Assembly: GCA_043228905.1 (NCBI GenBank)
Contig: JBHGNT010000017.1
Span: 18,166,001-18,230,000 of the forward strand
Direction of reading: 5' to 3'
DNA length: 64,000 nucleotides
Origin: Azolla caroliniana
Lineage: Eukaryota; Plantae; Polypodiophyta
Positions 1 through 11,818 of this stretch are shown here, one piece after another. The position numbers were made by a program, and so were the translations under genes. Positions within the stretch are counted from its first letter, which is position 1. Each line of letters starts with the position of its first letter. The notes below the pieces were generated by a model that saw only the letters and a list, made by a program, of their open reading frames with translations, was not told the DNA's origin and ran no database searches.

Positions 1-43
1 TATAAACATGTTGAGTGATGATAGTGCATGTGTGTGCCTGTAG

Positions 44-347
44 TGGGGGAACATGGAAGACAGGTGGACAATGTCATACAGAGACCAAACCATTTGGTTC
101 AAACATGACATTCGAAGGGGAGCCGTGGACAAATAAGGTGATCATTCGAGAAGTCCAAAAGCTTAAGGGAGCCAATCTTATTGACATCACTCACTTGTCC
201 AACTTTCGCCGAGATGCACATCCCTCCATCTACAATGTGGATTCCTCGGTTCCACGTTCCATGAACCGTCAAGATTGTAGTCATTGGTGTCTACCTGGTC
301 TACCTGACACTTGGAATGAACTACTACTTGCAAACATATCCTCGTGA
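44..347 (+). CDS. Terminal exon of a trichome-birefringence-like (TBL / PC-esterase, DUF231) polysaccharide O-acetyltransferase; upstream exons lie outside the window
   Basis: Translation GGTWKTGGQC...LIDITHLSNFRRDAHPSIY...RQDCSHWCLPGLPDTWNELL carries the TBL signature DCxHWCLPGxPDxWN. Acceptor TAG at 41-43; stop TGA at 345-347. Confidence 0.92.
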
Positions 348-1295
348 ACAATCTACAAATTTGACAATCCTCTCAATTCAATGGATCCTATACATATGAT
401 CTTTGGCACCTTGAGCATCCTCTCTTATCATTTATCATGGAACATATGGACTAAATCAACCCCTTAAAAACTTCATGAAAGATGAAATTCCAACGATGAG
501 AGCAACATGCTAGAGGTATCGGATCCTAGGGCAATTACTGAATTGGGATGTTTCCCCAATTCTCTATGGAGTTAGCAATGAAACCAACTTCACACCACCA
601 AATGTTGTATAATGAACAAAACCACATGTGAGCATATATTCTTTTTTATGTAAAAAAAATAAAACATCCTATGCAAATTGAGGATACTTAATTGAGATAT
701 ATAGTGATGAGTAATGGAAATAGAGAAGAATGACTTTCTACAAAAAGCAGTGGGAGAAATCTTTATTAGTAGTAAACCTATGTTAAATGTATAATATTTC
801 ACGTGTATGATTGAGTCGTGACAGCTCGTTCCGGAGCAAGCCACCTTTTGGCAGGTTAAAATAATATCACTATCCATTTAATTATCATTAAAGCTATTCT
901 GATACAGTACAATAGTAACTGAAGCTTCTCATATCAATGTAGAGGATTATATTAAATGTGAAGATTCTTGAGTATGTTCCAAGGAAACTAACAGTAAACA
1001 GATGTGAATTAGAAGAGTATTCTCTAACCTTTTGCTTATATTCTAAGCAAAAGAATTCATCAACATACTGTCTTCCTTTTTGTGGAGTTGAAAGGTTGTT
1101 TTACCTTTTTTTTTGTGTGTTCAAGGCAAAAACAATGCAAAAGCAAGTCACAAAACCCATGTATCATACACAACTTGCTTTTTACAAGGTCTGGTTTCAT
1201 GTAGTACACCTTAAGTGATTTGCCTCGAAAAAAAAGCAAAACCATTCATTCATGGATAATTATCTACATTTTATAAACTAGTTAAAACCATTCAT

Positions 1296-4200
1296 TCATG
1301 TACATGCTAATGCTTGTAGTTCTTTCAATGGAGTGCCATGACTTCCATCATTTTCATCAACAGATGGAATATTCAGCTGAAATTCTCTTGTTTCAAGCAC
1401 CTCCCGAAGGGGATCATAATCACTAGAGACAACATAAACCTCTGGGTTTTCTTGCAATGCTTTAGCTACCTGCTTTGCAAAGCACACTTTCTGGTTCCAA
1501 GAACCAGTCTCCCATGCTAGTCTTGAAATGAGAGCCCCATTTTTCCCTTCACACAGTTTCTGGAAAGCCATTTCAGCAACCCTGAAAAACATGAGCAAAG
1601 AATAATCAAATTTTTAGAAATTTTATGGTTACAATATTGAACTCTGATAGTGCATTTCTTCATCATGGGTTTAACTCTACGGTAGTGTGTCTAATTGTTA
1701 TCAAATTGTTAGATTCAATGTGTCTAAAAATCATTCATATTTTGATTCTGAGATCATTATAAACTATCATGGCCATCTACCATTTTCTCATAAAATGGAA
1801 CAAACCTGGAGTCTCCTTTTGAATGGAAAGCTTCAGCTATCTCCACAAGTAAAGGAGGAAAGACCGAACAGTTTAAAGCTTGGTTGAAAGCAAACTTGGC
1901 TTCTTCAATTCGGTTGGTTGTAAGAGAGACTAGTGTCAAATATGCCCATATTTTGAAGTTCCAGGGATCCAATACATTCCCTTCTTCAAGAGCAGCTTGT
2001 GCACTCTCCATGTCACCTTCTTCATAAAACACCATTCCAGCTATAAGCCAAGAGCTGCTACTTGGATTCTTTGCACAAATATCAACAATTATTTCTTTTG
2101 CTTTATCAAGATGGTGTTCATGCAGATAGCTTTTCCCTAGCTCCAACAATCCAAACATATATGAATGCTGTTCTTCATCATGGAGTCGACGCATCTGCAT
2201 TTCACCAGCATTTAAAAGATTGATTATTATTGTTTTTTATTCCAATTTAGCAAAGTATATATATCTATTTTAGTTCTTAATGCACAAAGATACAACATAG
2301 ACATGAATAAATATGCAAGTTTAAATATTTACACAACTTTGCAAAACAGAAAAGAAAAAAAGAAAGGAAAAGCGTTGTTATTTCGTCAATAATCATTCTT
2401 GCTCACCATGCTCACAGAAAATTTCAAGATGAAGATATAATAAATATATAAGCTAAAATTCTCAACATACACGCATCACGAATTGATAGTTCCAGTTTCA
2501 AAGGTATACCTATGTTTATATCTGAGGATAAGGAAATAATTATGTAATCACAGAAGGTATGTATGATGCATGGTTATGATAAACTATTACCTGCTTGTAA
2601 GCATCGATGGATTGCTGGAATGAAGCAGAAAGGTAGTGTATATGGCCCAAAAGCATCCATGCTGTATCTGCTACTGCTTCTCCAGCATATGAAGTAATTA
2701 CCTCTTTGATCAAATTCTCAGCATCATTGTAATCACCCAACAACTGCTTCGTTCTTGCTAAGCACAATTTGAATCCAATATCACACGAGAAAGAAGCATG
2801 TTCCAAAGTGAGAATTGTTTGAGCTTCCTTGGGAAAATGAAGATCTAGCAATAGTAGGGCTGCATCAATGTAAGCATTGGATGGAATGCATGACTGATGA
2901 ATTGGATAGGACAAACTAAATGCATGTTTCAGGAAACTGGAGGAAAGTATAGTAGAGCTTCTATCGTTCGAACTAGAATGCAGATCCTCTGCTCGTGTAA
3001 AGCAGCTATTTGCTTTGTCCATCTGATTGTTGTCAGTTTGCTCACCAGTAGAAATAAAAATCTTTTAACAGCACCAAAGCAAAAAGTTAATATTCAGTTA
3101 AAGTGTCTCTCTCCAAGGTATGATCAATAACTATAGATCCATTTAAATTCCGACCAAATGCATGTAGACTCATGCCTAACCAGAACCATAACCTTAGACG
3201 AAGTCAAGGATGAAACATGACAAAAAAAAGCCATTTTCTATGCTGTTTTCAAACCAAAATACTCAGCAGGTCATAATGGAAGAGGGTTGAGTCAAAGGGG
3301 AAAACTCTGTAGTATTACTTTGTGGATTCTGATAATGCTTCTGATATATATCGCAAAAGGAAATCAGAGAATGTATGGCCAAAATTAGGAATATTTGTTG
3401 AATACTAAACTACGGTAGCATGGTTTTGATGAGCAAGCATGATGTTTACTGAAAATGCAACATGGGTTCTCCGATGAGTTTTGGGTGCAATCTCGGGGTA
3501 ATGCTAGGGTGCTCCCTAGCCTACTAGAGTTTTTCTATGCACAGACCATTTAGAAGATTTCATCACGTAAGTGGCACAACTTGAGCAGCTTTTAGGATCA
3601 ACATTAGGAAATATTTGGTTATCCTGCTTCTCTCGAAGATCATGTGGTGCTCTTCTCATAGGATGTCAACACTTGCTAGCACTCACTTCACAGTGTGTCA
3701 CAATTTTCATAAATAGATTGTTTGAATACAGGCAAACCAACTAATGATCATCAAAACCAAATATGGCCGTGAGTCCACAAATATGTGCCAGAAATAGAGG
3801 ACACGGGATCCATCACCTAATGATCCTAGCTTGGGGATGATAGCAGCAAAATACAGTGCACAAACAAACGAAAATTCCGCTCTTGTAGCTGGGCACACAA
3901 CACACAAATAGTATAAGAGATGGAATGTCGTAACACTACTTGAGCTACACACTGATGATAGGCTCATGACAGACATTGAATCATGCCTTATAGATGCGTC
4001 ACAGCCATAAAGGAGGAGAATACAAAGAATAGCAAATTGCATTAGTATTACAATGTTACAATGACATAATCCCAACATATTGGGATGTATACAAGGAAAT
4101 GACCGAACTCATCCAACCACAGCTTCTCAATCCCTTGCTATTTAATGAGAGAATGGAAATTTCCATTCCTAAACTTGTAATCATGGTCATGAAATTAAGA

Positions 4201-7200
4201 AAGGAGGTTGGGAAGCATTCTACCTAATCAGGAAACCAAGGATGCGAACCACCTCATAGTACGATGTGAAGTTTTTGCAGTCATCTGACAATTTTCAAAT
4301 CCAGTACTGCATGCACAAGGGTCACCCAACTAATCCCAATTGGACACACCAAGCTCCGCTAGGACCAAGAGGAACAAATGTCAGTTCTCAACCAGAACAT
4401 TCAACATGGGTTACCAATATATTGTGCAATAGCAATTTGTAGTGCAAAGAGCCCACATCCACCGGAATCACAGGCTCATCTGGCTTGTTCCCGAATCAAG
4501 GCATTTTTCACCCGAGATTCACAGTGCACACCTCACTTCAGAAAACTCTCCATCTTAAAATGGCTCATGTTTGAGATCTTTCAAAGGCAGAAGTTTCGGT
4601 CCATCTTATTTTGGATGTCCTCCAGGATCAGATGTATTCATTTGCTAAGTTGCATTGGCAATTTCAGCCAGTTAAAAGATGCTATATCATTCTCTTCCTC
4701 TCTTCCATAGGCCCACATCTCCACTGACAGTGTGCTAAGGAGTCACCATTGAACGATCAGAGAAATGCCAACAACTGAGAGCACAAGTAGTGGGTCACAA
4801 GGCACACTGGCCATATTAGTACCAGATTATGGATATCATTTATTGCCATGTACGATACACTTGAGGACACCCAGATGCAATCGGTGTACTTCATTGCCTG
4901 GCTCAAACACACCAACCATCATCAGATACCGTATCTTCTCATCAGCACTCATAACATATATAGCACTTATGCACCTCATGCTTATGAAACATCTCAAGAT
5001 TTACTGTCCAGGTTAATACCAGCTCATTCATTAGGATCATTATCGTGGATCTTTAGGAAACCTAGAGCATTTATTTTTATTTTAGTATGAATAACCTGTG
5101 GTCACTATATTTGTAATCATAAATTTTCTTTTAGGATGCCTCTTGTTAAAATCAAGAGTCGACAGAAAAATTATCAACTGCATACACACTACTTGAAATA
5201 TGCAACATCCAAGGGCAATAATATAATTGATGTACATTTCTGACTCTACTAGATGAAATGCCATTTTATGTGAAGAATAAGAATGGCATGCTAATGCTAG
5301 AAAGGCAGTTTAATGAAAGGAAAAAATCACATGTTAAATAAAACGCCTGGATAAACTGGACACTTTGATTATATTTCACATGGAATCCTGAAGCAAGTAA
5401 TATTTTACCTGGCCTAGGAGTACCCAAGCAATAGCTTCTTCCTGGGAGTGCAGTTCTATTATCCTAAGTAGGAGTACTTCCGCTTGAACATAGAATGATC
5501 TATGCCACAGTAGGCATGCTAATGCCAACAAGCTCGATACATGATTTTCCTCTATGTTTATGGATTCCCTAAAACATTCCTCTGCTTTTCCAAGTTCTTT
5601 ATATTTTCCCTACAAGTTCACTTCTGTTCGGTGAGAAAAGAATTAAAATAGAAATTGAGGAAAGATTCTATACTTACCCTCATACAAAATAATCCATATT
5701 CAAGCCAATGATCTGGACTCAATTTGTCTTCAGATAGGATTTCTTCATAGCATCTATTTGCGGATAGATAGTCACCATCAGCCTGCTTAATAATAGATAA
5801 ATTTATAAGCATACAGTGAAATGGAACATGCTTAACATCAGGAAAACAAAATCTGAATAAACTAAGAACAAGAATAATAAAGGATTGTAACCTATGTCGA
5901 AGGCGAACTTGGAAACAAATGGGGGCATAAACACAAGTGTGGAACAAACATTTATTGGAATCTACAAGTAGAACTGTTAAAAACAATGACCGCTACAAAC
6001 CCATCATCGTAAAATAAACTTCTTAATATAAAATGAAATGTAGAACAATCTGTCAAAACATGACTCTTAATTTGATAAATAGAATGCTCATAATGTTTTG
6101 CTTTTTCTTACAACATGTTGGAGATTCATCTGATTTTTGTTTTACGTGTTACAGATGATTGTAAATGCTCTGAGGTAGAACTCTTCTCGAAAGGAGAATA
6201 AATTTCTTCTTTTATAAAACCCTTGTTAAAGTTTCAAGCAAATCTAGAGCTCAATACATAAAACAAAGGATATTGAAGGACCTGTTTCGCTAAGTTTTCT
6301 AGATCTTTATGACTCTAGATGAGAAATGTAAAGAATATTTTACAACACTGAGGAACAAAAAATAGTACCAAAAATAGTATAACACGATAATTTACTAGCC
6401 TCATATTCATCTGCCAGTTGTCTCAAGTGCTCGGATGTATGCAGTCTTTTGGAGGCTCCTGTTTCCAAGCCTTCTGAAAAATTCAGGAAAGCTTCTCTCC
6501 TCTGCCAAGATAAAAACCAAAAGTTAAATTTGACTTGTTCATAGAGATAGATACCATGACCTATAAAATGTTTCATTTTAGGATCCATCAACTAAAGACA
6601 TTTGATTCCTCTTTATAAATGTCGTAATCACCATTGAGTTTAGATCCTCAGTGGACTCCTTAATCACTTTCATGAGTTGCACATAAAGAGAGTTGTAAAA
6701 GACAAAGAAATTATCCTTTGTTTCTTCATTTGCAAGCTTAAACTTTTCTGAAGCAATCTTTAGAACCCTTCCTTTCATTTCTTCCTTTAGGTTATGCCAT
6801 GTTCCCATTTTATGCAGTTCTGTTGAAAGCTTTATCCTTAACTTCTCATTATATTCAGCCCTAAAAGGAAAGCCCCAATTCAATAAGTGAAAACCATCTC
6901 ATGAAAATAAAGAAAACATATCCTTCGATCGAATATTTCTTCATTATACCATAGAAAGAATTCAAAGAGATTATAAAAATATTGTTAATCTTATACAGGA
7001 CAAAATAGTCAATACTGAAGAAAAAGACAACACACTGATAACAACTGAAACAACTCTTATACAGGACAAAATAGTCAATACTGAAGAAAAAGACAACACA
7101 CTGATAACAACTGAAACAACTCTTTACTAACAGACAGCTGGAGATAGACAAGCAAGTCAGAAACCTGTGCAGAGAGTGAGAAGATGAATAGGTTTCCTGA

Positions 7201-9502
7201 CAGATGCAATCTAAGCCTCTCTGAGAGTGGACCTCGAATTCTAGAGCTACATAAGGCCTTGCATCTATTCAGAAAAAGAGAAGGATATGTTTGCCATTTT
7301 CTATGAAGAGATTAACCTTTATACTGTGCACGATTTGGAATAGAAATAATTGTTCTAATACTCGCTCCTCACATCATGCCTATGACGACCTTCGGGAGAT
7401 CTCCTGATCTTCCTCCTCCAAGTTAAATTCATCTATAGATTTTTCCGAATCTGAGAGGCAAATTACAAGCTCTTTCTACATGATTCTTGTTAGCTCCAAC
7501 AGAGTACATGGCGCAGTACTCTTATGAATTGTTTCTAAATTATTTGTCTGTATATACCTGCATATGTGTCTGAGAAGATATGTGTCCACATTTATATGGT
7601 ATCATGTATATTATTCAGAGCAAAATTTTCACCTGACACTGAAGTTCCATACTGGTAGTATGAAGTACTACAAAAAAGAGAGAATATCAAGAGCAAAAGT
7701 CATTCTCACCTGTTACTCCAAAAAATTGTAGAATTGAAATCTGATGCATTGTCTGAAATTATTTTCTCTTGCAATGACATGATTGATTCTGCTGCTGCCT
7801 TCACAAGAGCTCGAAACTCATTTACAGCAATCTTTGACCTTTCATCGAACGTTGGAAGTTTGGGCCTTATAGTTAAAATTTCTTTCAAGTTAACTGTGGG
7901 CTTCAGAGGAGGTACCCAAACTGGCTTCAGAGGCCGGTTTGTACTAACGTGAATAGACAATTGTGGACAACAACTTTTCCATGGGTTTGTCATACCATTA
8001 TCATCATCACTACCAGATATCTTTCCTTCACCATTCTCACTAAGAAGTTCTTTTTTCTGAGTGTACAAATTCACTACACTTGAAATGTGTGTTTCAAAAG
8101 TTCCTTCCTGGAGTAAGGAAGATAGATCTATGCTGACAGTGAGATGATCCCTTTGAAATGGCACAGGTTCAGAGCTCGAATATCGGGCAATTTCACCATG
8201 CCAAGTCTGTTTCTTCCATATTCTCTCTCTCAGCTCTAGCACTCCCATACTAGGCAGGAATCGCTTAATACTTGCACTCCAAGTGATCACAGGTTCCATT
8301 TGAGGTTGTGAAGAAGAATCTGAAGCATTCTTTGAGCCATCTGGATCTTTCATTATTTCAAGTTGTGTTGTTTCATCTTTTGCATCATCTATCCCTTTCC
8401 TAACTTCAAGCTGCATTGTTTCAACTTTTTCATTAGATGATGATGAGACACTGTCTTTTCCATTAGATAATAGCCCACCTTCATTAGCTCCCTTTAAAGA
8501 GACACGCCCACCATTGATTCTAGCTATGGAAATCTTTTCCTTCACTTCTTGATTCAAATCAGGAGTAGATTCCCACCATGATCCAATAAAACCCGGCATT
8601 TCAAATGCCATAGAAAAACTTAATAAATTGTTAGATGTCATTTCTGCATACTGGGGAGGAATCTTTTTCACACAGAAGTCAGTGAATTCTAGTATCATAC
8701 CTCCTTTCCGCTCTTCCTCGGAAAGGATGGGGATATCAATAGAGATTTGCACCTTTATGAAAGCTCCAGGAAGAAGAAGAGGTGGAGTTTCTTCAGCATT
8801 ATTCCCTTTTTTCCCTTTTAAAGAAGCAGAAGAAGCATTTTTCTGATCTTTCTTAGCATTAGGAAGCTTGGCAGGAATATCAGGCTGAATCCATTGAAGC
8901 CCGAAATCTCTTTCTAATACAAGATTTTCTGAGAAAAGAAGCTCCGAGAGGTCAATGGAGGCCTTTCCGATGATGTCTTGAGCTCTTCCTGAAGGAGAAA
9001 CCCATTGAAGCGAAACCACGAGGGGGTCAGTGACGAGGTTGTGCCAGAGGACGAAACCAGAAGGTCTTACATACTCTGACAGAGCTCCAAACGCAAAGCT
9101 TACAGAAGGAGACACAACACTAGGGTTCGGGCTAGGGCTAGGTTCAATGTTTATGTTAGGATCAAGTTTGGGGTCAGATTTGTCGTTAGGGTTACTGTTA
9201 GGGCTAGGGCTACTCTTAGTTTTAGGGTTGGGGCCTTGATCAGGCTTACCTTTGATTTTCTTTTTATTTCCAGAGGTTTCTTGGGGGATTTCCGGCGATG
9301 AAGTTGAATCATTGCGAGGTGAAACAGGATCACAGAAAGAAGAAGAAAGGCCATCTTCGTCTTCCCCAGGGAAATGAACAGAGACAGCGGCTTTGCTTCC
9401 TTCTGATGAGGTGTCTGCAGGCCATAAATTCTCTGCAGAGGCAATGGAGACCTTGAAAACGCAGAGCCTGGGCTCCATGGCTGCGGCCTCCTCCTTCATC
9501 AT
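1296..9502 (-). CDS. CFAP70: Cilia- and flagella-associated protein 70 (CFAP70/TTC18)-like TPR protein. Exons approx. 9502-7710, 6860-6632, 6501-6400, 5782-5678, 5609-5409, 3022-2591, 2194-1806, 1581-1296
   Basis: Splice sites join the ORF pieces in frame. Segments RPLKP..L.EIL..RPKLP..KIAVNEF, ELHKMGTWHNLKEEMK..VLKI..EKF, FYNSLYVQL, TSEHLRQLADEYEADGDY..A..Y, PDHWLEYGLFC and KAEECFRES match the recalled CFAP70 order and are followed by TPR repeats. N-terminus is C2-like. Confidence 0.82.
3300..5000 (-). mobile_element. Possible highly degenerate LINE remnant in a CFAP70 intron
   Basis: Minus-strand 4166-4122 reads MEISILSLNSKGLRS, resembling the (I/L)SxNxxGL start of a LINE endonuclease. The rest is full of stops; boundaries are approximate. 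Confidence 0.3.
6990..7122. repeat. Perfect 66-bp tandem duplication in CFAP70 intron 1
   Basis: cttatacaggacaaaatagtcaatactgaagaaaaagacaacacactgataacaactgaaacaact occurs twice head to tail. Confidence 0.9.
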
Positions 9503-11818
9503 CGCTTCGTTCAGCAGAACGATGTCTGTTTTTTCTGTTATTCTTCTTCTTCTCCTTCTTCTTTCTTTCTCTCTTTCTCATAAAAAGCTTAATTAACTCT
9601 TTTTACTCTATATCTATAACTTTCTCTCTTATAAGAAATTTTTGAGCACTCGTTCTACTCTATATCCGCATGAAGAGCCACCGGATGCTCGCGATCTCCG
9701 GAAACTTCTATCGGATCCGGCGAAACCGACACCACCGATGCGTCGGGAACGTGCCGAAACATCTGCTTCGGCTCTTGAATCACACAAATCCGACATCGTA
9801 TGAGAAAGAATGAACCAACGAAAGACAGAAAGATATACACGGCTACATCTCTTTTAAGAGGGCTACGATCGGGCCATATGAGAACAAGCGAGAGAGATGC
9901 TTTGGGGTAGCTATGTCAAAACCTTTTGCATCAAATGTTTCCGAATATGTCAAAAGTACCACCAGTTTTGGTTCCATTTGCATGTCTACTCGGACATTTA
10001 TATTGCAATTCCTCCATACTACATACAATCCTATGTCCTTTGTAATTCGTAAAGCCAAAGTTGCGTGATTGATCCATCAGGAGTGGCCTATCTAGGGTAG
10101 GGATTATCTAGTACATTCCATGGATTCTACATTAAAATTACCTATAACAATAACATGAAAAGTTGTGCTCGAGATGAGTAAGAGCTTCTATATGACAAAG
10201 GATACTATCGAGGAAATAGGGATAAAGACAACCATGGTAGAGTTAGGAGTTAAAACAATAACCGCAACAAGAATATTTCTGTTAACAAACAAAAGTGTGC
10301 TTTGGCTCGTAATGAAGTCATGTTAAGGCTTCTTCCGCATTTCGTTTGGGATCATGATTCCTTAAATGTCCATTTTTCAATCTAAGTTGCCACTTTTTGT
10401 ATTATCCATCTAGATCGCTATTTAAGCCTACACATCGCAATCTCATCATTGATTATTATCAAAATACTTAGAACTCGAGGTTAATTTGGAATAAACTGTA
10501 CCAAAGAGAGTAGGATATAACCAACAAGAAAGATGCCAATGGATTCTTCAACACATGATAATATTGATAAGATAAACATCATTGACCTTGAGCATACATT
10601 CTATCCCAAACATTCATCAAGGCAAATTAGATGTTCAAAGTAAAGTTCCTGGAAGTTTGAAATGCTTTCTTGAGATTTTGTTGGAGAGTGGCATAAAGCC
10701 ACAAGCAACCTCATGGGATATTAGCTTCTACAAAATTTGGCACAAATCCCTTATTAACACTAAAATTTGACCTTAATTCAACGCATTGTTGTTACAAAGC
10801 ATATTTTGATAGAAAGGAGAATTGTAGATCTAGATAACTAGCTTGTTGCATACGAGTTTGTCAATGAGGGAGACAATGGAGATGCTCAGTAGCAGTGGTG
10901 AATATACATGACCAGAAATTCACTAAAGCTCATTGCACGGCCTACAATAAACTCATCAAACTAGTCGAAAATAACGGCAAATGCTTGTTGACGATTTTAT
11001 GAAGTCGACCCTAACGACCATTTAGATTGTTTCACCAATACATCTAGATTTGAACACAACAGCATATCGATTCACCAAATAGAGTTCAAAACACTTGGTA
11101 TTGATCATTTGCTATAGAACATTGATACATCAGTAGATATACAACAAACTCAGCCCCCAACATTTCATCGTTCATTGCTTGGTATTATTGACACTATTGG
11201 TGCCTAAACTCCATGGATGGTGTTGCTTGAGTCAGTTTCTGGTTCCCTTTTATCAAAGGTTGGGAGATCCGTTTCTCATATCTGCTTTGGTAATGAGACC
11301 GGGTTTGATCATATTCAGCAAGCCCTGTAGTCTATTGTAGAGAAAGTAAATCTCAATTTCACTAGTCTTTATTTTGAGTTTACGTGTAGTAATGCATGTT
11401 TTAGCAAAGGGTTCAGGGGTCTCCCAATCTTTCCCTAAACCCTAAACCCTTGGCACTTCCATTCCATATCATCAACATTGAGATATGATGTGACAAGTTT
11501 TCAGGATGTAAAGCCATCCACACTTATCCATGTATTTTTGCATACAAGGATAAAAACAAAAACAAGAATGTTTTCTCATGCATACATGTGTACATATATT
11601 TACATATATGTGTATGCACATATTAGACACATATCGTTCATACAACAAAAACACATCACTCATGCAAAGAGAATTGCAAGGTAACCAGCAAAGCTTTGTT
11701 TGCTCTTAAAGTCCTCCAGCAAAAACAAGGAGTAATGACAGGGCATTAACTGTTTTGTTGTACTCAACACAGATCTTGAGTATTTACAAAGCAGTAAATA
11801 ACACTTGGCTCAACAAGT

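Noticed and set aside
1757-1805. CFAP70 ending at ...GHDSL* (1757)
   Set aside because: A donor AG|GTTTGT at 1806/1805 joins in frame to the exon at 1581-1296, which explains that otherwise orphan ORF. Alternative use is not excluded.
9600-11400. Possible decayed transposon or gene between CFAP70 and LIG4
   Set aside because: No motif or terminus could be identified with confidence.
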